A stretch of DNA of 64,000 nucleotides from Candidatus Marinacidobacterales bacterium (lineage in GTDB: Bacteria; Acidobacteriota; Vicinamibacteria; Marinacidobacterales; DATDRI01), in contig CBDCNP010000002.1 in NCBI GenBank assembly GCA_965219415.1, positions 5,088,001 through 5,152,000 of the forward strand. Reading direction: 5' to 3'. The position numbers and the translations under genes were made by a program. Of the stretch, positions 1 through 8,743 are shown in pieces; within the stretch, counting starts at the first letter, position 1, and every line of letters begins with the position of its first letter. Below the pieces are notes generated by a model. That model searched no databases. It worked only from the letters and a program-made list of their open reading frames with translations, and was not told the DNA's origin.

Positions 1-409
1 CGCGCTGTGTGTAGAGGCCTGCCAGCAGCGTCGTCGAGTACGGTTCACGACCGCGTCGAGGCTCGTCAACGAACTCGTCGAGGCCAAGGAGGAGCTCCAG
101 CTTTCTAAGGCTATTCGCAAGCACGCCCGCTTCGAACTGCTGTGCATCGACGAACTCGGCTACGTACCGCTCGCCGAGGTCGGTGCCGAACTGTTGTTTC
201 AGGTCGTCTCCGAACGATGTGAGCGCGCCGCGACCGTCATCACCACTAACTTGCCGTTCTCGGAATGGACGCAAGTGTTCACAAACGCCCGGCTGTGCAA
301 AGCGCTACTGGACCGGCTCACCGACCAGGCTCACATCCTCGAAACCGGTACCGAGTCCTATCGCTTCCGTCGCTCGCTCAAAACCCGGAAAAAGACGGCA
401 ACATCATGA
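1..409 (+). CDS. istB: IS21-family IstB ATPase, 3' part (runs off window start)
   Basis: LLCIDELGY Walker [21 protein letters not shown] and ALLDRLT motifs. Confidence 0.9.
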   Translation, partial: ALCVEACQQRRRVRFTTASRLVNELVEAKEELQLSKAIRKHARFELLCIDELGYVPLAEVGAELLFQVVSERCERAATVITTNLPFSEWTQVFTNARLCKALLDRLTDQAHILETGTESYRFRRSLKTRKKTATS

Positions 410-514
410 CAGAACACGCTTTGCTCCGGTTTCACTCGAGGCGGCCTTCACTTAGCTCCGGCCGCAACAGAGGAAAGGGGCACTTATTACTTCTCTTCGT
501 GTGTAATCAATAAC

Positions 515-569
515 TTAGGGTGGGCCAAATGAAATGATCAAAGTGGGCCAGACCGGGTGGACAAAAACA
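515..569. mobile_element. IS21 right end
   Basis: Repeated GTGGGCCA motifs ending in ...AAAAACA downstream of istB; abuts an rve transposase fragment. Confidence 0.7.
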
Positions 570-765
570 TCCGTGAGCTCATTGTGCGCGTGGCGCGGGA
601 GAATCCGACGTGGGGATATACGCGCCTGCGAGGCGCACTCAAGAACCTCGGACATGAACTTGGACGCAACACCATCAAGAGGCTCCTCGCCGAGCACGGT
701 ATCGCGCCTGCCCCAGAGCGGGGCAAGAGCATGCCGTGGAGCACCTTCATCAAGGCTCATTGGGG
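570..765 (+). pseudogene. Internal fragment of rve-type transposase (family A)
   Basis: [28 protein letters not shown], nearly identical to the copies at 26011-27077 and 61181-62252. Confidence 0.85.
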
Positions 766-931
766 GGTGCTTGCGCTGTTTACTGTTGGTGATGTGTACG
801 TATCCCGTTGCAAAAAAAGCGCTTACGCTCCATTTAGCGCACGGCGAAGGTCGTGAGCGCTATTTTGGCTGTAATTTAATGCAGCGTAAAGTCTTAGCGT
901 CATCTCACCAACACTTAATGACGGAAGCACC
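766..931. mobile_element. ~165-bp IS1-family-derived MITE; other copies 7231-7395, 21978-22143, 34618-34782, 47099-47264, 59428-59593, 60153-60318; partial 21259-21323, 38668-38777
   Basis: GGTGCTT...AAGCACC inverted termini; one end matches the TIR after the IS1-like transposase at 6241-6268; conserved non-coding interior. Confidence 0.85.
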
Positions 932-950
932 TGCGGATTCCAAGGGCGTC

Positions 951-1003
951 TAAGCTGCTGATTTGTGGTCTATTTCAAAAGGGCCGAGTTTTGGCACAGG
1001 ACG
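951..1003. repeat. Orphan left end of rve element family A (TAAGCTGCTGATT...CAAAAGGGCCGAGTTTTGGCACAGGACG); ~24 copies in window
   Basis: Termini at 1003, 2836, 4629, 4742, 5544, 8424, 8647, 15525, 19005, 21044, 21360, 21417, 25891, 27205, 30373, 33163, 34581, 46223, 47397, 47748, 52363, 56286, 60345, 62380. Confidence 0.9.
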
Positions 1004-1530
1004 GGGTCTGTCCTACATCGACCTCTACGTGCTGGCCATAGCGAGACTCGGTTCCTTCGACTTGCGTCAGGAGAGCTCGTCTGACACCGCGGGTGCCGAC
1101 TTGGCAACAAGCTATGTCGATCTCTTGGAACAGCAGATGCACGCGCCCGGCTTCCACGCCTTCTACGAATTGTCGCAAGCCTCCGAGACCTTCGACCTGT
1201 TGCTCGCGGTGAACTTTCCGGACGTCCCGAGTGGCTCCTTGCAGGCGCTCGCCAAGAGATATGGGGCAACACTGCAGCGTCAGGTTCCGGTTGGGCGCAT
1301 GTCGGGTGGTGTGAACAAGCGGCTCGTTCGGCAGTTTCGGATGCCCGCGTTCCCGCTCGTACTCGTCACAACCGATGTGCTGCAGGAAGGGGAGGACTTA
1401 CATACGTTCTGCCGCTGTGTCGTGCACTACGGCATCACGTGGACGCCGTCCGCCATGGAGCAGCGTACGGGTAGGGTCGATCGCATCGGGGGACTGATTC
1501 AGCGAAACCTGGACGGCCGCGAGGCGACCC
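1004..1530 (+). pseudogene. SF2 helicase C-terminal domain fragment
   Basis: VLVTTDVLQEGEDLH and EQRTGRVDRIG motifs; cut on both sides by element ends. Confidence 0.8.
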
Positions 1531-2729
1531 CGTCTGGTCAAAATACTCGAACGCCCAGCGGGTCAGCAGTTTGCACCTTCGCAAAGGCCGCTTGAATCCG
1601 CCATCGCTGTCGGATACGTATTCCAGTTCAGCGGAAGGAGTTGCGATGGATTGGAAGACCATGCTGAGCTACATCTCAGGATCCGTGGATGCGGAGTTGC
1701 TCCTGCGCAACGAGTATCTTGTGGCCGAGAATCGAGTTCTTCGAAATCAGCTCCAGGGTCGCTTGCACCTGACCGATGGCGAACGGCGGTCTCTGGCCGA
1801 GCTCGGAAAGCGTCTGGGTAAGCAAGCCCTTGATGAGATCGCGAGTATCGTGAATCCCGACACGATCCTAGGTTGGCACCGGAGGCTTGTCGCGAAGAAG
1901 TTCGACAGCTCCGAGAACCGTCCGTATCCAGGGCGACCGCGGATCGACGCCGACATCGAAGAGCTGGTGGTGCGTCTCGCCAAGGAGAACAAGTCCTGGG
2001 GTTACGACCGGATTGCAGGGGCGCTAGCCAACGTCGGGCATGAAGTGGCCGACCAAACCGTCGGTAACATTCTGAAACGCCACGGCATTCCGCTCGCACC
2101 AGAGCGTCGGAAGAACACGACGTGGAGGGAGTTCATCCGCTCGCACATGGACGTGCTCGCGGCGACAGATTTCTTCACCACGCAAGTGTGGACTCAGGGC
2201 GGGTTGGTGACGTACTACGTTCTGTTCTTCATGCACCTGGCTACCCGTCGAGTCCACGTCGCCGGCATCACGCCGCATCCGAACGAACAGTGGATGACTC
2301 AAGTGGCTCGCAACGTGACCATGGCAGATGTCGGCTTTCTGTCCTCGAGCCGATACCTCATTCACGACCGGGACTCGAAGTTCTGCGAGTCGTTCCACCG
2401 GACCATCGAGGCGGTTGGCGTCGCGCCCGTCAAGCTGCCCGCACGGAGCCCGGATTTGAACTCGTTCGCGGAGCGCTGGGTGAAGTCCGTCAAAGAGGAA
2501 TGTCTCTCGAAGCTCATCCTGTTCGGCGAGAAGTCGCTCCGTCATGCGCTTAGGGAGTACGTCGTCTACTATCACCACGAGAGGAATCATCAAGGCAAGG
2601 AGAATCTGCTGCTGTTCCCAGCCAGCGACCAGTTACCTCAGTCCGAGCGCAAGGTGCGCTCCCGTGAACGGCTTGGCGGGTTGCTACGTTTCTACCATCG
2701 GGAAGCCGCATGAGTATTTTGACCTCACG
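1531..2729 (+). mobile_element. Full-length rve-type DDE insertion sequence (family D)
   Basis: TIRs CGTCTGGTCAAAATACTC / CGTGAGGTCAAAATACTC around a single transposase ORF; no TSD. Confidence 0.85.
1646..2713 (+). CDS. Integrase-core (rve) DDE transposase
   Basis: GGAAGGAG RBS; ATDFFT, HDRDSKF and AERWVKSVKEE motifs; ends [14 protein letters not shown]. Confidence 0.9.
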   Translation: MDWKTMLSYISGSVDAELLLRNEYLVAENRVLRNQLQGRLHLTDGERRSLAELGKRLGKQALDEIASIVNPDTILGWHRRLVAKKFDSSENRPYPGRPRIDADIEELVVRLAKENKSWGYDRIAGALANVGHEVADQTVGNILKRHGIPLAPERRKNTTWREFIRSHMDVLAATDFFTTQVWTQGGLVTYYVLFFMHLATRRVHVAGITPHPNEQWMTQVARNVTMADVGFLSSSRYLIHDRDSKFCESFHRTIEAVGVAPVKLPARSPDLNSFAERWVKSVKEECLSKLILFGEKSLRHALREYVVYYHHERNHQGKENLLLFPASDQLPQSERKVRSRERLGGLLRFYHREAA

Positions 2730-2984
2730 GCATAACCATCAAGGGCTTGGCAACGCGTTTGTATTTTTGGACACGACGGCGTCTAAGCTGCTGATTTGTG
2801 GTCTATTTCAAAAGGGCCGAGTTTTGGCACAGGACGGGAAGACTTTGTAATGCAATAGGTTACATCAGATTTTAACGTCACCGGACTTCAGCTTGCGCCA
2901 AACTGTGCATAAGTGCCGTCCTCGCACGACGACGTGGATGAGCCGGCAACAGTAAACGGAGCACGCACCCAGACCAGCAACAAA

Positions 2985-4406
2985 TTACACGGGCTCGATG
3001 CGGACGATGCGAAGCACATTGGTGGCGTCAGGTGTGCCAAAAGGCACCCCGGCAGTGATGACCACCGTATCGCCCGGCCCGGCGACTTCCTCAAGCGCAG
3101 CCGCAGCGACCGCCTTGCGCACCATTTCGTCGAAGTCCCGTACGTCCGCCGTATGCACGCTGTGTACGCCGTAGGTTAGCGACAGACGCCGTGCGGTTGC
3201 AAGTTCGGACGTGACGCCCAGAATCGGCTGCTCGGGGCGCTCGCGGGCGGCGCGCAACGTCGTCGACCCGGAGGTCGTGTAGGTTACAATGGCGGCGGCG
3301 CCGATGGTGTCGGCCACTTGATGGGCCGCCACCGAGATCGCATCCGCGGAGGTTGCCAGCGGCCGGCGATGGTCGGCGGCCGCAATGTGACGGTGCAGCG
3401 GGTCGCGCTCCACCCGTTTAATCACCCGGTCCATGATCTGGACCGCCGCAGTCGGATAGGCGCCGACTGCGGTTTCCGCCGACAGCATCACCGCATCCGC
3501 GCCGTCGTACACCGCCGTCGCTATGTCCGAGACCTCGGCGCGCGTCGGCACCGGCGCCTGGACCATGGACTCCAGCATCTGCGTTGCCACGATCACCGGT
3601 TTGCCGGCGTCGCGGCAGGTGCGGATGATGGTCTTCTGCGCGATCGGCACTTCCTCCGGAGGCATTTCCACGCCGAGATCGCCACGAGCCACCATCACGG
3701 CATCGGCGGCGGCGACAATCTCGTCGATACGGTCGAGCGCAGATGGTTTCTCGACTTTGACCAGAACATGGGCGCGGTCGCCGATCAGCCGGCGCGCCTC
3801 GACCACATCCTCCGGGCGCTGCACGAAGGACAGAGCGATCCATTCGCAACCGAGTTCGAGCGCGAATCTCAGATCGACTAGGTCCTTTTCGGTAAGCGGC
3901 GAGATCGGCAGCATCACGCCGGGCAGATTGATGCCCTTGCGGTCGCTGAGCCGGCCGCCGACCAGCACCTGCGTCTCTACTTCTGCATTGGATTTCGAGG
4001 TCACATTCAGCCGGAGCCGCCCGTCGTCGAGCAGCATTTCGTCGCCAGGCCGGACAGCGGCGAAGATCTCCGGATGCGGCACGGAAACCCGAACGGCGGT
4101 GCCGGGCCGGTCCGAACGGTCGAGCATGAAACGCCGTCCCGGCTCAAGCTCGACGCTCCCGCCTTCGAAGACGCCGACGCGAAGCTTGGGTCCCTGCATG
4201 TCGGCCATGACGCCTATGGGCCTGAGCGCATCCCGTTCCAACTCGCGCACGATCCGATGGCGCCGGGCGTGGTTCTCGGGTTCGCCATGGCTGAAATTGA
4301 AGCGGAAGACATCGACCCCTGCCTCGAACAGTGCATTGATGGCTGTTGCACTTGAGGTCGCCGGCCCCAGCGTCGCGACGATCTTGGCCCTACGTTTGCG
4401 GCGCAT
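2985..4406 (-). CDS. pyk: Pyruvate kinase
   Basis: KIVATLGPA, FRFNFSHG, MVARGDLGVE, ATQMLESM and DAVMLSAET motifs. Confidence 0.97.
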   Translation of the reverse strand: MRRKRRAKIVATLGPATSSATAINALFEAGVDVFRFNFSHGEPENHARRHRIVRELERDALRPIGVMADMQGPKLRVGVFEGGSVELEPGRRFMLDRSDRPGTAVRVSVPHPEIFAAVRPGDEMLLDDGRLRLNVTSKSNAEVETQVLVGGRLSDRKGINLPGVMLPISPLTEKDLVDLRFALELGCEWIALSFVQRPEDVVEARRLIGDRAHVLVKVEKPSALDRIDEIVAAADAVMVARGDLGVEMPPEEVPIAQKTIIRTCRDAGKPVIVATQMLESMVQAPVPTRAEVSDIATAVYDGADAVMLSAETAVGAYPTAAVQIMDRVIKRVERDPLHRHIAAADHRRPLATSADAISVAAHQVADTIGAAAIVTYTTSGSTTLRAARERPEQPILGVTSELATARRLSLTYGVHSVHTADVRDFDEMVRKAVAAAALEEVAGPGDTVVITAGVPFGTPDATNVLRIVRIEPV

Positions 4407-4742
4407 CGTCTCCGGTGCTCCGCAAAAACTCGATCCGTCGTTGATTCCGCAGTTTAGACCTGCCAGGATTGGCCGTTTCGCGGCAAGTGGTACGTCATCA
4501 TGGATCTGAAGATAACACCATCGGGCCAGACGATTGTAAAGCCCACAGCCCTTGGCCCGGTCGCAAACACAGACACTAAGCTGCTGATTTACGGTCTATT
4601 TCAAAAGGACCGAGTTTTGGCACAGGACGCCCTCGGGCCAGACGATTGTAAAGCCCACGGCCCTTGGCACCATCGCAAAACACAGACGCTAAGCTGCTGA
4701 TTTATCGGCTATTTCAAGAGGGCCGAGTTTTGGCACAGGACG

Positions 4743-5256
4743 ACGTTCTGTTCTTCATGCACCTGGCTACCCGTCGAGTCCACGTCGCCGGCATCACGCC
4801 GCATCCGAACGAACAGTGGATGACTCAAGTGGCTCGCAACGTGACCATGGCAGATGTCGGCTTTCTGTCCTCGAGCCGATACCTCATTCACGACCGGGAC
4901 TCGAAGTTCTGCGAGTCGTTCCACCGGACCATCGAGGCGGTTGGCGTCGCGCCCGTCAAGCTGCCCGCACGGAGCCCGGATTTGAACTCGTTCGCGGAGC
5001 GCTGGGTGAAGTCAGTCAAAGAGGAATGTCTCTCGAAGCTCATCCTGTTCGGCGAGAAGTCGCTCCGTCATGCGCTTAGGGAGTACGTCGTCTACTATCA
5101 TCATGAGAGGAATCATCAAGGCAAGGAGAATCTGCTGCTGTTCCCAGCCAGCGACCCGTTACCTCAGTCCGAGCGCAAGGTGCGCTCCCGTGAACGGCTT
5201 GGCGGGTTGCTACGTTTCTACCATCGGGAAGCCGCATGAGTATTTTGACCAGACGC
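4743..5256 (+). pseudogene. 3' half of family D rve transposase with right end
   Basis: Near-identical to 2217-2729; 5' part replaced by a family A end. Confidence 0.85.
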
Positions 5257-5544
5257 CCATCGTGTCGCGAGAGCGACTTGGGGGTATTCTCAACTACTAC
5301 TGCCGTGCCGCGTAGATGGTCGCTGGCGACGGTAGCCCCTCGGTGGGCCCGCTCGGCGTAGCGTGAAAACAGCTTCAGGAACACGCTTGGATATTCGCTC
5401 TCGACTAGGTGGTCATCTGCATGGTGACGACCCGCCCGCCCAAGACGATTGTAAAGCCCACGGCCCTTGGCCCGGTCGCAAACACAGACACTAAGTTGCT
5501 GATTTATGGCCTATTTCAAAAGGGCCGAGTTTTGGCACAGGACG

Positions 5545-6268
5545 AGATTCGCACGTTCGCGGGCAACAAGAAGACACCGAGTTGGGTCTTCGTTACAATC
5601 GAAGTCTGGTCTCGGCTCTGGCCATCGACGGTGACGGGAAGGCGAAGCTACCGGAACACTCACGCTCTGTTTCGCGACCTTTCGAGACGGATGAATTTCG
5701 AGCGTCTTCCCTTGATCGTCACGGATGGATTCGAATTCTACCAGAAAGTCATCCGTCGCTTCTTCGGTCCAGCGTGTCTCTACGGCCAGGTCCTAAAAAC
5801 GCGCAGGAACGATCGCATCATCAAGGTCGAACGCAGAGCGCTGCACGGAGCCGCGTGGCGATTCGAAGACGCGCTCAATAACTCCGAGGACTCTTCGACA
5901 TTGAACACGTCGTTCATCGAGCGGTTGAATCTGACCATCCGGCAAAGCTCGGCATACCTTTCGAGACGAACGCTTTCCCACGCTCGCTCGACGGAGAGGC
6001 TCGATGAGCACCTGGAGTTGCTCCGTTGCTATTACAACTTCGTCCGACCGCACGGAGCTCTGAAGTTCGGACGTGAGATCCGAACTCCGGCTATGCAGGC
6101 TGGTCTGACGACGCGACGGCTCACCTTTCGAGACATCTTCTTGGCGACGACGATTCCTTTGTGGTCGCGGATCGAGGTTTTCGTGCTCAGTAGGGTGCGC
6201 AACCCGGTCTCTCCCGCACCTGTACCACTGCCCGCAGCCGCGTAGCAACACTTGATGGCGGAAGCACC
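5545..6268 (+). mobile_element. 5'-truncated IS1-family transposase (CDS to 6245) plus right TIR
   Basis: DEI..F, IVTDG, NTSFIERLNLTIRQ, YYNFVRPH and TPAM motifs; TIR reads GGTGCTTCCGCCATCAAGTGTTG on the minus strand. Confidence 0.8.
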
Positions 6269-6424
6269 CACGTAGCAATATTTGATAGCGGAAGCACCCA
6301 GCTGCATCAACCGAAACGCAATGGTCGAAGCAGAACTCAAGAGGCGCAAATATGATGGATGGGCTCGCCAGGCGTCAACGCCAGCAAAGGCAAAGGCCCG
6401 GGATCCTTGGAGTATACTGCTGCG

Positions 6425-6721
6425 ATGAATGTCATTGCCGATCTCTGCATCGTTCCGCTCGGTGTCGGGGTCTCCCTGTCGAAGTACGTTGCCGCTTGCG
6501 AGCGCGTCATAGAAGCCGCGGGGCTATCGCACGAGCTGCACGCAAACGGCACCAACATCGAAGGGGATTGGGACGAAGTATTTTGCGTGGTGAAGCGATG
6601 TCACGAAGTCGTCCACGAAATGGGCGCACCGCGCATCCATACGAATATCAAGCTTGGAACGCGGACCGACCGAAGCCAGACGATGAAGAATAAGATCACG
6701 GGCGTGACGAGCAAGAAATAG
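6425..6721 (+). CDS. MTH1187/YqgV family thiamine-binding protein
   Basis: IVPLGVGVSLSKYV, GTNIEGDWDEV and IKLGTRTDR pattern; 98 aa. Confidence 0.9.
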   Translation: MNVIADLCIVPLGVGVSLSKYVAACERVIEAAGLSHELHANGTNIEGDWDEVFCVVKRCHEVVHEMGAPRIHTNIKLGTRTDRSQTMKNKITGVTSKK

Positions 6722-7420
6722 CTCGATAGTTCGGTGCTTCCGCAGTCAAATGTTGGCGGCCGCTGTGTAACCCTTAGTCCGAGCGCAAGGTGCGCTCCCA
6801 TGAACGGCTTGGCGGGTTGCTACGTTTCTACCATCGGGAAGCCGCATGAGTATTTTGACCTCACGCCTCGGAGTTGGAGCGTCTTGGGCGATGTCATTCA
6901 CCTTCACCGCGATCAAGAAGGCCGTTGATGAAGCGTAGCCGCTCAACTGTGCCCCGCAAAAAAAACGATCCAGCGTTGATTGCGCGGTTTAGAGCTGCCG
7001 CGCTCAGTTCCTTCTTGCCGGTCGACCCGACGACGCGACCGGCGTCTTAGGAACGTGGAGAGGCTTGCTCGTATATCGATCTGCTGGTAAAGGGCAATCA
7101 ACCGCCGCTCCTTTTCCCGACGGCTTAGCCCAGGCGATGCTCGGATGCGATCCCCGTTACGGCGTGCGTCGGCCGCCGCTCCCCGAATGCGGTTGATGGA
7201 TGTCCTGATTCGTTGGGAGGCATGTTGTCCGGTGCTTCCGCCATTAAGTGTTGGTGAAATGATACTAAGACTTTACAGTGCATTAAATTACAGCCACAAT
7301 AGCGTTCGTGACCTTCGCATCGCGCTAAATGGAGCATAAGCGCTTTTTTGCAAAGGGATGCGTACACGTCACCAACAGCAAACAGCGCAAGCACCGCGTC
7401 GCACTGAACGCTAGGTTCCC

Positions 7421-7514
7421 TGTGCTCCGCAAAAAGTCTATCCAGTGTTGATTGCGCGTTTTAGACCCGCCAAGGTCGGCTGCTTCTGGCCGGTTTTCTT
7501 TTTTGCGGATCACA
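7421..7514. mobile_element. Small MITE family E (TGTGCTCCGCAAAAA...TTTTTGCGGATCACA); also 39274-39329, 41651-41707; single ends at 4414, 6948, 22751, 32819, 33385, 39823
   Basis: Recurrent ~15-bp inverted termini with TG..CA ends. Confidence 0.75.
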
Positions 7515-7701
7515 GCTGTGCTTCGTACTGTCTGTGAGGAGGCCCAGGTGCATCTGGGCCAGAACGTGCAAGCCTGCTTACGTTTCGCGGCACCCCGGCC
7601 TTGATTCGAGAGCGCCGTCCGATCGGAACGCACGACGTACCGCCTGACCGGGCCGCTGATCTTGATAGAATTCTGAAACTCGATAGCTATCGGAGGAAAC
7701 G

Positions 7702-8423
7702 ATGAAGTTCCTAGCAACAAGCGTAGCCATTGCGACTCTCGTGACACTGTCGGTGGAATCGCGAGCCGACGACAAGCTCGAGTCGGCGGTCAAGGCGGAC
7801 TACGATGCTCACCTCGACGCGCTCTTCAAGCACTTTCACGCGAACCCCGAGCTGTCGTTCGTCGAGGTCAAGACCGCGGCGCGACTCGCCAAGGAGTTCC
7901 GCGACGCGGGTTTCGAGGTTACCGAGGGTGTCGGAAGAACGGGCGTGGTGGCCATCATGGAGAATGGCGACGGACCCCTCGTCATGATGCGTGCCGACAT
8001 GGACGGACTTCCCGTGAAGGAGCTCGCCGATCTTCCATACGCCTCGACCGTCACGCAGGTCAATGACGACGGACAGGAATTTCCCGTGATGCATGCTTGC
8101 GGGCACGATGTGCACATTACCTCTCTCGTGGGGACGGCGCGACGGATGGCCGCCGAGCTCGATTCCTGGTCCGGTACGCTGATGCTCATCGGCCAGCCTG
8201 CGGAAGAGTGGAAGATCTCGGGCGCTCAGGCGATGCACCAGGACCGGCTGTGGGAGCGCTTTGGCCAGCCGGACTACGCCCTCGCCTTTCATGTGGCTGC
8301 CGACATCGAAGCTGGAAAGCTCCACGTCGCCGAGAGTGCGGCGTACTCGGGTGTCGACAGCGTGGACATCATCGTGTCCGGCATCGGCGCCCATGGCGCG
8401 AGTCCCCACCGCGGAAAAGACCC
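7702..8423 (+). pseudogene. M20 family amidohydrolase, 3'-truncated
   Basis: Signal peptide; HANPELS, RADMDGLP, MHACGHDVH and QPAEE motifs; cut by a family A end at 8424. Confidence 0.9.
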
Positions 8424-8743
8424 CGTCCTGTGCCAAAACTCGGCCCTTTTGAAATAGACCACAAATCAGCAGCTTAGACGCCCTTGGAATCCGCGCGCCC
8501 CGAACCTGATCGATCTCCGATCTGGCGGGACTATGCCTGCATGATTTCGTCGTTTGTTCGTGCTCGGCCCTGGGCACGGCCGCAAACCAGACTCTAAGTT
8601 GCTGATTTATGGGCTATTTCAAAAGGGCCGAGTTTTGGCACAGGACGCCGTTCTCACACACCCGAAGACCAAGTCGGCGCTTAGACGCTGGTCGGACTCG
8701 ATCTGCCATTGCTGAAACTTCGCCAGTGTGAAGGTCGCTTTCG

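Noticed and set aside
534-953. ORFs containing CLRCLLLV...MAEAP or FKRAEFWHRT
   Set aside because: Incidental translations of MITE and terminal-repeat sequence
3523-4509. 328-aa plus-strand ORF and similar overlapping ORFs
   Set aside because: Antisense to pyk; no recognisable motifs
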